64,000 nt of DNA from Gammaproteobacteria bacterium (lineage in GTDB: Bacteria > Pseudomonadota > Gammaproteobacteria > UBA4575): NCBI GenBank assembly GCA_965243395.1, contig CBDEUS010000001.1, positions 224,001 through 288,000 of the forward strand. The letters are read 5' to 3'. Positions 40,090 to 50,366 of this stretch are shown piece after piece; the stretch's first letter is position 1; every line of letters begins with the position of its first letter. The notes under the pieces were generated by a model, which worked only from the letters and a program-made list of their open reading frames with translations, was not told the DNA's origin and made no database searches. A program made the translations under genes and the position numbers.

Positions 40090-42594
40090 TTAATTTACCT
40101 GTTTTAAACCTTCGATTGGAACCGGTGAACCCATTGCAAATCCTTGTGCATAATCCACGCCAAGCTCGCGCAGCATTTCAACTACTTCTTCGCTCTCAGC
40201 ACATTCCGCTATAGTGCCAATCCCCATAATGTGTCCTACCTGATTAATAGCTTCTACCATTGCATGGTCAATCGTGTCATCAATCATGTCATGAACAAAA
40301 CTGCCATCAATTTTTAAATAATCGACAGGGAGATTTTTTAAGTATGTAAACGATGATAAACCGCTACCAAAATCATCTAATGCAAATCGACAACCAATGC
40401 GCTTGAGTTCAAGAATTAATTGGCTAACTTGATCAAGATTGCTAATCGCTGCCGTTTCTGTAATTTCAAAGCAAACGTTTGAAGGTTCAATTTCAGTTTT
40501 ATTTATTTCGCCTTTAATAAAATCTAATAGTGAATCATCGTTTAACGAATTTCCGGACAAGTTTATGGCTATCTGCACTCCTGAATCTTTACCAAATATG
40601 TCGTTGTAGCTTCGAAATGCGGTGCTAATCATCCAACGGTCTAGGCTCGTCATTAATCCATAGCGTTCAGCAGCCGGTATAAAACTTGCTGGCATAATTA
40701 AATCGCCTTTAGGATCTGTTAAACGAATAAGTAATTCATAATGCAAAGATTCCTGGTTCTGAGGTGAGAGGGCAACAATAGGTTGACAATAAATTCGAAA
40801 ACGATCTTCTTGCAGGGCACCGGTAACGCCTGCTGCACGCATCATTTCTGTGTGTCTGCGTGTGAGCTCATCATCTTCCTGTCTATAAATATGTAATTTA
40901 TTACGACCATGATCTTTGGCGGTAAAGCATGCGAGTTCGGCACGGGTTAACATATGTGCAGGATCTTGAGAGTTTTTATCAATCGTAATCAGGCCAATGC
41001 TAAGACCAATTTCAAAATGTTGATCACGCCACTTAAATGTAGCGCTACGAATAGTGTTAATGAGTTCTTGTGCTATGAGCTTGGCTTGATCAACTGTAGT
41101 GTTAACAAGTAACAGTGAAAATTCATCGCCGCCCAAACGAGCAAATATATCTATACTGCGTATATGTTCCTTCATTTGGTCTGCAGCTTGTTTAAGAATA
41201 ATGTCTCCTGCTGTATGCCCAGCTTGAGCATTAATAATCTTGAATTGATTTAGATCCAGGTAACACAATACATGTTGCACATCATGTGTTGCTGCACTTG
41301 AAATCGCTTCTTCCAGTCGGAATTCAAATTCTTGTCTGTTTAACAAGCCAGTTAATGAGTCGTGTGAGGCCTGGTGGCTAATTTCTTGGGTAAGTCGCTT
41401 GGTTTCCGAGGCATCTTTAAAGATGACAACTAATCCACCAGTCTCAAGGTTTAATGAACTGCTGGGTGTGATGGATAATTCAATAGGATGTTCGTTATTA
41501 AATCTATCTAGCAGAACGAGATTATTTTTGGACTCAATAGGTTTGCCTGTATCTAAACAATCTTTGCCTAAGTTTGTTATGCGTTCACGTGTGTTGGCAT
41601 CGATAAGTTTTAGAATACTATCAAGATGATTACCTTTTGCCTCGTAGCTGGGCCAGCCGGTTAAGCCTTCAGCCACAGGATTCATCGATTCGATATTACA
41701 ATTTATATCGGTAGCGACTACTCCATCTTTAAGTAGCTTTAAAGTAATTCGATTACGTTGTTTTTCTTGCTCAAGTTTATTCTCGGTAACAGCTGTTTTG
41801 GTAATATCTTGTAAAATTAAATTAAAGAAATTTTGGTCGTTTTCATTTTCATTATAAGCAGAAACACGAAAAAACTTTATTGTGTTGTCAAGACCAACAA
41901 ACTTAATGTCTGGTACGAGTTCATTGGCATCATCATCACAGGTGTTAATAATATGATGCAGCTTTATGATTTCAGACTGTTCAAAGACTAATGCTAGAGG
42001 TGTTCCTAATGAATCTTGTTCATCTAACCCCAACATCATTGCTGCAGGAGTATTGAGTTCTACAATTGTATCTTCTTCGTCGACACTAAGAAGTCCAATT
42101 GCAGCGACTTCTAAAATGGTATCTAGTTTGTTATCAGAAGTGAATTGATCTTCTATTGAGGTAACTTCCTGTTCAGAAGTTGAAGAAGAATCAAAATCGA
42201 TAAGTTTTTCTTTAGCGAGCTTAGATTCATCTATCGAGTTTTTTAATGCACTGGGTAAAGCCTTGATATTAGCGGTTGACCATACTTCTACATCATTTGC
42301 GAGCGCAGGATTTTTTTTGATGGTTTCATCTATTAAGCTAAATTCAGTTGGCTTACGTAACAAAAATATTTTAATGTTATTGTCATGTTCTAGTATCCAG
42401 TTAATAACATGCAAAGGTTCTTTCATATGATGCCCAAGTACAATCACTCGGCTATCAATATGCCCATCATGTAGAATTTCAGTAAGTTGTTGTTCACTAG
42501 CCAGGTTAGAAATTGCAAGTGGGGGCGGAGTGTGGCGACAAAGATATGTCCACAAATCTTTGCCGACGTTAACAAGAGATACTTTTATAGCCAT
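40090..42594 (-). CDS. PAS-PAS-GGDEF-EAL protein
   Basis: HDSLTGLLNR, RLGGDEF, YELLIRL, FEITE, LDDFGSG, LKIDGSF; start uncertain (42594 or 42669). Confidence 0.92.
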   Translation of the reverse strand: MAIKVSLVNVGKDLWTYLCRHTPPPLAISNLASEQQLTEILHDGHIDSRVIVLGHHMKEPLHVINWILEHDNNIKIFLLRKPTEFSLIDETIKKNPALANDVEVWSTANIKALPSALKNSIDESKLAKEKLIDFDSSSTSEQEVTSIEDQFTSDNKLDTILEVAAIGLLSVDEEDTIVELNTPAAMMLGLDEQDSLGTPLALVFEQSEIIKLHHIINTCDDDANELVPDIKFVGLDNTIKFFRVSAYNENENDQNFFNLILQDITKTAVTENKLEQEKQRNRITLKLLKDGVVATDINCNIESMNPVAEGLTGWPSYEAKGNHLDSILKLIDANTRERITNLGKDCLDTGKPIESKNNLVLLDRFNNEHPIELSITPSSSLNLETGGLVVIFKDASETKRLTQEISHQASHDSLTGLLNRQEFEFRLEEAISSAATHDVQHVLCYLDLNQFKIINAQAGHTAGDIILKQAADQMKEHIRSIDIFARLGGDEFSLLLVNTTVDQAKLIAQELINTIRSATFKWRDQHFEIGLSIGLITIDKNSQDPAHMLTRAELACFTAKDHGRNKLHIYRQEDDELTRRHTEMMRAAGVTGALQEDRFRIYCQPIVALSPQNQESLHYELLIRLTDPKGDLIMPASFIPAAERYGLMTSLDRWMISTAFRSYNDIFGKDSGVQIAINLSGNSLNDDSLLDFIKGEINKTEIEPSNVCFEITETAAISNLDQVSQLILELKRIGCRFALDDFGSGLSSFTYLKNLPVDYLKIDGSFVHDMIDDTIDHAMVEAINQVGHIMGIGTIAECAESEEVVEMLRELGVDYAQGFAMGSPVPIEGLKQVN

Positions 42595-42672
42595 ATTTGA
42601 TAGCTGGCTAGAAGATGTTTGGTTAGCGCTCAATTTGTTTTTGTAGCGTTTGTCGATAGTTCGAATCACGAG

Positions 42673-42867
42673 TTATACAGATTCCCTTTTGAACAAGTTG
42701 CTCTGGGAATTAGCTTTTATGTATTGTCGAATCCACTGCCGTACCAAGCGCGAGGCGCTGTCATCCTCCTCTTTAACCTGGCGCATAAATTCATCGCGTA
42801 AATCACGTGAAATTCTGACTTGTAGTAGTGCTGATTCTGAGGGCTTTTTTACATCGGGTGGTGTCAT
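42673..42867 (-). CDS. Small RHH-type DNA-binding protein
   Basis: LLQVRISRDLRDEF...ASRLVRQWIRQYI. Confidence 0.65.
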   Translation of the reverse strand: MTPPDVKKPSESALLQVRISRDLRDEFMRQVKEEDDSASRLVRQWIRQYIKANSQSNLFKRESV

Positions 42868-43080
42868 AGCATTATCATTCGATTATCATGATAATAGTAT
42901 GACAAATTTCACATTACTATACAAAAAAAGTGGTTTGAAAAGTTACTGGAACGTATTGATATATATTGATATATAAAGAGGCATTCCAGGCATTTGTAGC
43001 TAATTTAGCCTCAATACTACGATATAAATAAGTATATTATTAATAACTAATATATAGAAATCTATGCTTGGTATAGCTAG

Positions 43081-43854
43081 TTGTTGATGGAAAATCTGCA
43101 CCGTTTAATCCAAATTATGCAAAAACTGAGAGATCCCGAGACGGGCTGTCCTTGGGATTTACAGCAAACATTTGCTTCCATCCTCCCATATACCCTGGAG
43201 GAGGTTTATGAAGTGGCTGATGCAATTGATGAGCAAGATTTTATACAGCTTGAAAATGAATTGGGTGATTTGTTGTTGCAAATTGTTTATTACACGCAAC
43301 TGGCCGCAGAGCAAAATTTATTTGATTTTGAAGATGTTGCTAAGAGTATCAGCGATAAGTTAGTGCGTCGGCATCCACATGTATTTAATAAAGAAAATAC
43401 AGATCAACACAAAACCTGGGAACAAATTAAGCAACAAGAACGCGTTGAAATATCAAATTCCAAATGTTTATTGAATGATATTCCTAATGCGATGCCTCAA
43501 TTATTACGCGCAAAAATAATTCAAAAAAGAGTTGCTGCAGTTGGATTTGATTGGTCAGAGTTAAATTCTGTAATTGCAAAAGTTGAAGAAGAGTTAAATG
43601 AATTAAGAGAAGTGATTAATTCGGATAATCAACCAGACAAACTAGAAGAAGAATTAGGTGATTTGTTGTTTTCTGTTGTAAATCTGAGTCGTCATATAAA
43701 AGTTAATGCTGAAAATGCGCTGCGTAAAAGTAATAAGAAATTTACAAAACGGTTTCAATATATTGAAGAATGCCTGGAACAAGAAGACAAGAGCATTAAC
43801 GAGTGTTCGTTAGATGAATTAGAAGCTTATTGGCAACAAGCAAAGTCTGAGTAA
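43081..43854 (+). CDS. mazG: Nucleoside triphosphate pyrophosphohydrolase
   Basis: LRDP..GCPWD..QT, EE.YEV.DAI, ELGDLL twice, RRHPHVF. Confidence 0.96.
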   Translation: MLMENLHRLIQIMQKLRDPETGCPWDLQQTFASILPYTLEEVYEVADAIDEQDFIQLENELGDLLLQIVYYTQLAAEQNLFDFEDVAKSISDKLVRRHPHVFNKENTDQHKTWEQIKQQERVEISNSKCLLNDIPNAMPQLLRAKIIQKRVAAVGFDWSELNSVIAKVEEELNELREVINSDNQPDKLEEELGDLLFSVVNLSRHIKVNAENALRKSNKKFTKRFQYIEECLEQEDKSINECSLDELEAYWQQAKSE

Positions 43855-43907
43855 GAGGCTTCATATAAAAAGCTTTCTCAACCAAACTGCGATTAAATAA
43901 ATCTCCC

Positions 43908-44756
43908 TCAAACAAATCGCATAGAAAAATCTACAGCCTGCACATGTTTAGTGATGGCACCTATGGAAATATAATCCACGCCCGTTTTTGCAACTTCACG
44001 TATATTTTCTAATGTCATATTTCCAGAAGCTTCAAGTTTCTTTTTCCCATCCGTCATAGAAACGGCTGTTTCCATTTCAGCTAATGAAAAATTATCTAAA
44101 AGAATAACATCAGCTTGTGTGTTTAATGCTTCTTTGAGTTGTTCTGTGCTTTCCACTTCTACTTCTAGCTTAAGAGCAGGGTGTTGTTGCTTGGCTGAAT
44201 TTACTGCGTTGGAAACAGAACCTGAAGTGGCGATATGGTTTTCTTTTATTAAAATTGCATCGTATAAACCCATCCGATGATTTTTTCCGCCTCCACAGCG
44301 CACTGCGTATTTTTGTGCATAGCGCATTCCGGGTACAGTTTTACGTGTATCTAGAATTTCCGCACCTGTCCCTGCTATGCGGTCAACATAAGTTTTAGTT
44401 GTTGTTGCTGTGCCGGATAAGGTCTGTAAAAAGTTTAGTGCGGTACGTTCGCCAGTTAAGATTGCTTGTGCGTTTCCGTTAAGTTGGCATACCTTTGCAT
44501 CGACTTCCATAATATCCCCATCATGATAAGTCCACTCTAGGTTAATGTTAGGGTCCAGTTGATGAAATGTTAGCTCGAACCATTTTTGTCCACACAATAC
44601 AGCTTCTTCACGGCAAATTACGATTGCCGAAGCCGTTTCATTATTGCTGAATGAAGCTGCTGTAACATCGCCCGTACCAACATCTTCTTTTAGTGCAATG
44701 CTGACCGATTGGCTGATTTCTTGCAAAGCATCCTTGCTATGGCTGGTTAATTCCAT
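43908..44756 (-). CDS. nadC: Nicotinate-nucleotide diphosphorylase
   Basis: ERTALNFLQTLSG, DTRKT.PG.R, NHRMGLYD, LIKENH, EVEVE, LLDNF. Confidence 0.97.
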   Translation of the reverse strand: MELTSHSKDALQEISQSVSIALKEDVGTGDVTAASFSNNETASAIVICREEAVLCGQKWFELTFHQLDPNINLEWTYHDGDIMEVDAKVCQLNGNAQAILTGERTALNFLQTLSGTATTTKTYVDRIAGTGAEILDTRKTVPGMRYAQKYAVRCGGGKNHRMGLYDAILIKENHIATSGSVSNAVNSAKQQHPALKLEVEVESTEQLKEALNTQADVILLDNFSLAEMETAVSMTDGKKKLEASGNMTLENIREVAKTGVDYISIGAITKHVQAVDFSMRFV

Positions 44757-44786
44757 TTTTCATTATTATTTTAAGTTGTAAATGAA

Positions 44787-46121
44787 TTAATTTTTATTCA
44801 AATAATCTTTAGTAACTTTAAAGATTACCGGGCTCAATAGTGCGAGCGCGATTAAGTTAGGTATTGCCATAAAGCCATTCATAACATCCGCAAGCAACCA
44901 AACAAAATTGAGTTTAATTAATGCGCCTGTCATCACCGCTACAACCCAAACTATTCTGTAAGGAATTATGATGGCAGTACCGAAAATAAATTCAGCACAG
45001 CGTTCACCGTAGTAACTCCAGCCTAAGAGAGTGGTAAATGCAAAAACGACTAAACCAATGGTGACAATATAATTTCCTCCCGTAATTCCTTGTCCAAATG
45101 CAAGAGTGGAGAGTGAAGCGCCGTTTTCACCGCTTGTCCAAGCGCCCGTTAATATAATAACCAGTGCGGTCATGGTGCATATGATAATAGTGTCAATAAA
45201 AGTTCCCAGCATACCAATCATGCCTTGACGCACGGGATCGTTTGTTTGTGCAGCAGCATGTGCTATAGGAGCGCTGCCTAAACCTGCTTCATTAGAAAAT
45301 ACACCTCGTGCGACACCAAATCGAATCGCTGCCCAAACAGCTGCACCTGCAAACCCACCTGTTGCAGCAGTGCCACTGAATGCGCTAGTAAATATTAGGC
45401 TAAATGCATTTCCAACTTGTCCTATGTTGGCAATAATTACAATTAAAGAACCTACGATATAAGCAACGGCCATAATTGGAACAAGTTTGCCAGCCACTTC
45501 ACCTATACGTTTAACACCACCAATTATCACTAAGCCCACAAGTATTGCTAAAACAATTCCAGTGATCATAGGGTCTATGTTGAAGTTACTTTTCAATGCA
45601 TCGGCGACTGAATTGGATTGCACCATGTTTCCTATTCCAAACGCGGCAATAGTCCCGAACAATGCAAATGAAAATCCTAACCATTTCCAGTTTTCACCTA
45701 AACCATTTTTAATGTAGTACATGGGGCCACCTTGGCGTTTGCCACGCGAATCTACTTCTCTGTATTTCACCGCGAGGACGGCTTCTCCATATTTTGTTGC
45801 CATGCCAAACAAGGCGGTTATCCACATCCAAAAAATTGCGCCAGGACCACCCAAGAAAATAGCAGTTGCTACACCAGCAATATTTCCTGTACCAATTGTT
45901 GCCGAGAGTGCGGTCATTAATGCCTGGAAGGGACTAATGTCACCTTGATCTTTATCTGCTTGCCCGGAAAAAAGTAACTTAAATCCATGACCCAGTTTTC
46001 GCCAAGGCATGAGTTTTAAGCCGATGCTTAAATAAACACCAACACCCAATAGCAGTGCCAACATGATAGGGCCCCAGATGAAACTACTGAGCTGATTTAA
46101 AAGCGACGTAATGGCTTCCAT
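44787..46121 (-). CDS. Sodium:alanine/glycine symporter (AGCS family)
   Basis: ATIGTGNIAGVA, GGPGAIFWMW, GGPMYY, RGVFSNEAGLGS. Confidence 0.95.
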   Translation of the reverse strand: MEAITSLLNQLSSFIWGPIMLALLLGVGVYLSIGLKLMPWRKLGHGFKLLFSGQADKDQGDISPFQALMTALSATIGTGNIAGVATAIFLGGPGAIFWMWITALFGMATKYGEAVLAVKYREVDSRGKRQGGPMYYIKNGLGENWKWLGFSFALFGTIAAFGIGNMVQSNSVADALKSNFNIDPMITGIVLAILVGLVIIGGVKRIGEVAGKLVPIMAVAYIVGSLIVIIANIGQVGNAFSLIFTSAFSGTAATGGFAGAAVWAAIRFGVARGVFSNEAGLGSAPIAHAAAQTNDPVRQGMIGMLGTFIDTIIICTMTALVIILTGAWTSGENGASLSTLAFGQGITGGNYIVTIGLVVFAFTTLLGWSYYGERCAEFIFGTAIIIPYRIVWVVAVMTGALIKLNFVWLLADVMNGFMAIPNLIALALLSPVIFKVTKDYLNKN

Positions 46122-46234
46122 TAACTCCTCCCTTCTACAGAGTGTAGAGAATTATTTTTATATTTTAAGTCCTGAAAAGTGATGCTTATTATTCTATTTT
46201 TTACTTTTCATGTAATGAACAATATTGCTCATTT

Positions 46235-47293
46235 TTGCCATCATTAGACAGTGTACAAGCGCAATGCTACCCTGAATTCAAAGGGATATCTATGGATACG
46301 CCAACCCTCAATAAACGCTTCCATTTGCGGCAATTGTCCTCTCAAGACAATCTAGAAATGCTGCGTCAAGATGTAAAGCTGGGATTAATAGAACGACCAC
46401 GCACTTTACCGCCAAAATATTTTTACGATGAGGCAGGATCTAAACTATTCGATTTGATATGTAAAACTCAAGATTATTATCCCACGCGTACAGAACTGGC
46501 ATTAATACAAAAGCATGCGAATGAAATTGTTGCCTTAGCAAATTCTCATAATTGTGTAGAGCTTGGTGCCGGCACTTCTGCAAAAACTGAAGTATTACTT
46601 TCTGAGATCAGCACTTATTTTAATAAAAGAAAATTTAGTTATGTAAGTATTGATGTTTGTGAAGAAGTATTAGTCGAAACTGCACAGCGCTTATTAAGTA
46701 AATTTGAAAATTTAATTATTCAATCTATAGTTGGAGAATATATTCCTTCTATCCAGGTTTTGCCCAAATTTGATGCTCCGGTTTTGTATACATTTATTGG
46801 CAGCTCAATTGGGAACTTTACAGAGCAAGAATCAATTAAGCTTTTATCTAGCGTAGCGAAAAAAATGACATACGATGACCATTTTTTAATTGGCATGGAT
46901 AGAGTCAAGGATAAAAAAGTTCTTGAACAGGCTTATGATGATAGTGAAGGTGTGACAGCAAAGTTTAACCTAAATGTATTAACGGTTCTTAATAATAGTT
47001 TGGGAGCGGATTTCGATTTGGAGAACTTTTCACATCAAGCTGTTTATAATGAAGATGACGAACAAATTGAAATGTATTTAATTTCAAACTCTGATCAGCA
47101 AGTGCATTTTGTTGACCTAAATGAAACGCTACACTTTGAAAAAGATGAGAAAATTCTTACTGAGATAAGTCGCAAGTACTCAAAAGAATCTATACATAAG
47201 TTATTGGGAAAAAGCGGACTTGTTGAAGTAAAGCATTATGAGCCAGATAACAAATACTTTTCGTTAGTATTGGCCAAGCGAAAAAAAGAATAG
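46235..47293 (+). CDS. egtD: L-histidine N-alpha-methyltransferase
   Basis: LPPKYFYD..GS.LF, YYPTRTE, ELGAG, GSSIGN, AYDD..GVT..FN, TEIS.KY; start may be 46292. Confidence 0.9.
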   Translation: MPSLDSVQAQCYPEFKGISMDTPTLNKRFHLRQLSSQDNLEMLRQDVKLGLIERPRTLPPKYFYDEAGSKLFDLICKTQDYYPTRTELALIQKHANEIVALANSHNCVELGAGTSAKTEVLLSEISTYFNKRKFSYVSIDVCEEVLVETAQRLLSKFENLIIQSIVGEYIPSIQVLPKFDAPVLYTFIGSSIGNFTEQESIKLLSSVAKKMTYDDHFLIGMDRVKDKKVLEQAYDDSEGVTAKFNLNVLTVLNNSLGADFDLENFSHQAVYNEDDEQIEMYLISNSDQQVHFVDLNETLHFEKDEKILTEISRKYSKESIHKLLGKSGLVEVKHYEPDNKYFSLVLAKRKKE

Positions 47294-47301
47294 TTTTTAG
47301 A

Positions 47302-48204
47302 TTAGGCTAGCAAATTTTCCATTAGTGCTTTTTGCGCATGTAAACGATTTTCTGCTTCGTCCCACACTACGCTTTGTGCACCATCTAACACATCCGCTGT
47401 TACTTCTTCTCCACGGTGTGCGGGCAAACAATGCATAAATAACGCATCTTTATTGGCTATGGACAGCAATTCTTTATTTACCTGAAACGCTTGAAATACT
47501 TTTACTCTCTCGTTTTGTTCTTCTTCTTGGCCCATGCTGGCCCATACATCTGTAACCACTAGATCGGCCTGCTCGATAGCCTGTTTAGCGTCATGTGAAA
47601 TTTGAACACAATCGTTTGCATTCTTAACAATTTCTGCATTAGGGCAATAGTTTTGTGGGCAAGCAATGTTGAGTTGAAAGCCAAGTTGTTTTGCAGCGTT
47701 AATATAAGAGTGGCACATGTTGTTTCCATCACCAATCCAGGCGACTTTGGCGCCTTTGATGTCGCCACGGTGCTCAAACCAAGTCTGCATATCAGCCAGT
47801 AGCTGACAAGGATGGTATAAGTCTGTGAGACCATTAATGACGGGTATAGAAGAGTGAGCGGCAAAAATTTCTACATTTTTGTGTTCAAAAGTTCTAATCA
47901 TCACACCATCTACCATTCTTGATAGCACTCTTGCACTGTCTTCAATCGGTTCGCCGCGTCCAAATTGAGTATCTTTTGGAGATAAAAACAAGGCATGACC
48001 ACCTAACTGAACCATACCTGCTTCAAATGAAACCCGTGTTCGTGTGGAAGATTTATCAAAAATCATTGCCAGTGTTTTATTTTGCAAAGGGGTGTGATGT
48101 TCGCCGACCTTGAGCATCTTTTTAAGCTCGATAGCACGTGCTAACAATGCCCGAATTTCATCTGGGCTGTAATCCAGCAATGTTAAAAAATGGCGTGTGT
48201 TCAT
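47302..48204 (-). CDS. argF: Ornithine carbamoyltransferase
   Basis: [30 protein letters not shown]. Confidence 0.97.
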   Translation of the reverse strand: MNTRHFLTLLDYSPDEIRALLARAIELKKMLKVGEHHTPLQNKTLAMIFDKSSTRTRVSFEAGMVQLGGHALFLSPKDTQFGRGEPIEDSARVLSRMVDGVMIRTFEHKNVEIFAAHSSIPVINGLTDLYHPCQLLADMQTWFEHRGDIKGAKVAWIGDGNNMCHSYINAAKQLGFQLNIACPQNYCPNAEIVKNANDCVQISHDAKQAIEQADLVVTDVWASMGQEEEQNERVKVFQAFQVNKELLSIANKDALFMHCLPAHRGEEVTADVLDGAQSVVWDEAENRLHAQKALMENLLA

Positions 48205-48212
48205 TAAAATAG

Positions 48213-49403
48213 TTATTTCAAGTCATCAGTGAATGCTTCGATACAATCAACAAGGGTTTCAATCATGTCGTTAGCATTATTTTTATCAAAAATTAACGGG
48301 GGTAATAATCTAATAACACGTTCCGCAGTTACATTTATGAGCAGCTTTTTATTCAAACAATGGTCAACTAATTCTATACAAGGTGTATCCATTTCTATGC
48401 CAATCATCAAACCTTTTCCACGCACTTCTTTTATATGTGCATTTGTTGAAAGTTTATTCTTTAATGTATCAACAATATAGTTTCCGATTAAATTTGCATT
48501 TTCAATTAGATTTTCTTGTTCAATGACGTTAATGGTTTCAAGCGCTGCCCGACATGCTAAGGGGTTACCGCCAAATGTAGACCCATGAGAGCCTGGTGCA
48601 AATAAATCGGCTACATATTTTTTTGCTAAACATGCGCCAATGGGTAGACCATTACCTAGCCCTTTGGCCGTAATAAGTACATCGGGTTGTATTGAATCGT
48701 GTTGAAAGCAGAACCATTTTCCAGTACGACCGTTCCCAGTTTGCACTTCATCCAGCATCAGTAATATTTCATGTTGTTCACATAAGGCTTTTAATTCAGC
48801 AAGGTAAGAAGATGCAGGAATATTAATGCCACCTTCACCTTGAATCGGTTCTACTAAAATTGCAGAAATATTAGTGTGGTTTTTTAATATATTTTTTATT
48901 GCAGATACATCATTGAAAGGTGCTCTTACAAATCCTGGGACAAGTGGTTCAAATCCTGCTTGTACTTTTCTATTACCCGTAGCCGTAAGTGTTGCCATGG
49001 TGCGGCCATGGAAACTATTTTCCATTACAATGATAGTAGGTTCGTTAATTCCTTTATGGTGTCCGTACACTCGAGCAAGTTTAATAGCTGCTTCATTTAC
49101 TTCTGCGCCTGAATTACCAAAGAACGCTGCATCCATGCCGGAGAGTTCACAAAGTTTGTTTCCAAGCATTTCTTGTAATTCAATATGATAAATATTTGAA
49201 GTGTGTGTCAGAGTTGCAGCTTGATCGGAAACGGCATGTGTAATCTTAGGATGAGCGTGGCCCAAACCACACACTGCGATACCTGATAAGGCATCCATGT
49301 ATTTTTCATTATTATCCGAGTACAGCCACACGCCTTCCCCTTTCACAAACGTTACGGGTTTACGCGCATAAGTACTCATCAAGCTATTTGCTGATTTAGG
49401 CAT
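48213..49403 (-). CDS. argD: Acetylornithine aminotransferase
   Basis: [47 protein letters not shown]; upstream of argF. Confidence 0.93.
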   Translation of the reverse strand: MPKSANSLMSTYARKPVTFVKGEGVWLYSDNNEKYMDALSGIAVCGLGHAHPKITHAVSDQAATLTHTSNIYHIELQEMLGNKLCELSGMDAAFFGNSGAEVNEAAIKLARVYGHHKGINEPTIIVMENSFHGRTMATLTATGNRKVQAGFEPLVPGFVRAPFNDVSAIKNILKNHTNISAILVEPIQGEGGINIPASSYLAELKALCEQHEILLMLDEVQTGNGRTGKWFCFQHDSIQPDVLITAKGLGNGLPIGACLAKKYVADLFAPGSHGSTFGGNPLACRAALETINVIEQENLIENANLIGNYIVDTLKNKLSTNAHIKEVRGKGLMIGIEMDTPCIELVDHCLNKKLLINVTAERVIRLLPPLIFDKNNANDMIETLVDCIEAFTDDLK

Positions 49404-49486
49404 ATCGATTCATATAAATAAAAACGGCAGCCATATAGCTGCCGAAAGCGAGATTATACTGCTGCCTAAAAAATAAGCAAAATATA

Positions 49487-49520
49487 ATAAGCCTGCCCAA
49501 TAGTTATAAGGCAGGCTTAT
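49487..49520 (-). terminator. Putative terminator hairpin
   Basis: ATAAGCCTGCC...GGCAGGCTTAT downstream of the 49550 gene. Confidence 0.55.
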
Positions 49521-49549
49521 ATAAAGCTTATGCAGTTGTTAGATAACGG

Positions 49550-50131
49550 TTAGAAAAACAATCCGTGTCCTGCCGCAACCATGCACGCAAGCATTGGGAT
49601 AGATAACAAAGTGTTGGTTCGTGATGCCATAAAAGCGATTTTCTTAGCTTTAGCTTTTTCATCATCACTTGCTTCTTTAATGCCAAGCACTTTTTTCTGG
49701 TTTGGCCAAATTAAGCCCCAAACATTTAATAGCATAATGGTGCCTAACCATGCTCCAACGCCGATTACAGTAACACCATTAGTGAAGAAAAAGTTTTCCA
49801 TAATTCCACCTACATAGTGCAAAGCTGCTGCACCGGTTAACCAGGTGACAACTGCACCCCAGCGAAACCAAGCTAGAGCACGTGGTGCTACATATTTTCC
49901 AATAGCAGCAGGTCCAGGTCCGCTACTATCTGCTGTTGCTTCACCCATTGCGGGTACTTGCACAAAATTGAAATAATATAGAAGGCCAATCCAAACAATA
50001 CCTGCTAATACATGGAACCATACAATAAGTGACCAAGTATTTATTGCATTAGGATCAAACGCAAATGCAATGATGATTGCAAGAATAAAGCCCGCAATTA
50101 TTGTGCCAAGGATAGAATTTAAAGGATTCAT
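49550..50131 (-). CDS. PuuD/urate-oxidase N-terminal-like membrane protein
   Basis: HVLAGIVWIGLLYYFNFVQ, WFRWGA, NVW..IWPNQK, SRTNT.LS.PM. Confidence 0.8.
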   Translation of the reverse strand: MNPLNSILGTIIAGFILAIIIAFAFDPNAINTWSLIVWFHVLAGIVWIGLLYYFNFVQVPAMGEATADSSGPGPAAIGKYVAPRALAWFRWGAVVTWLTGAAALHYVGGIMENFFFTNGVTVIGVGAWLGTIMLLNVWGLIWPNQKKVLGIKEASDDEKAKAKKIAFMASRTNTLLSIPMLACMVAAGHGLFF

Positions 50132-50366
50132 AAGACGCGCCTCACTGAAATAAATATCGTTATTATTATGAATGTGCCATATTTGGCTTAATTCTTATAA
50201 GTGATAATTATAACGAACCTGCAAGGCTAACTTAAAGTTTAATTTTAAGTGTATGAATCTTCTCCAATTAATTTATATGTTCTTTAGTAGATATTTGAGT
50301 TGTCATAGGTTGGTCATGGGTATAGGCACCCGTTCGTTTTCATTCAAAAAATTATGATTCAGTAGT

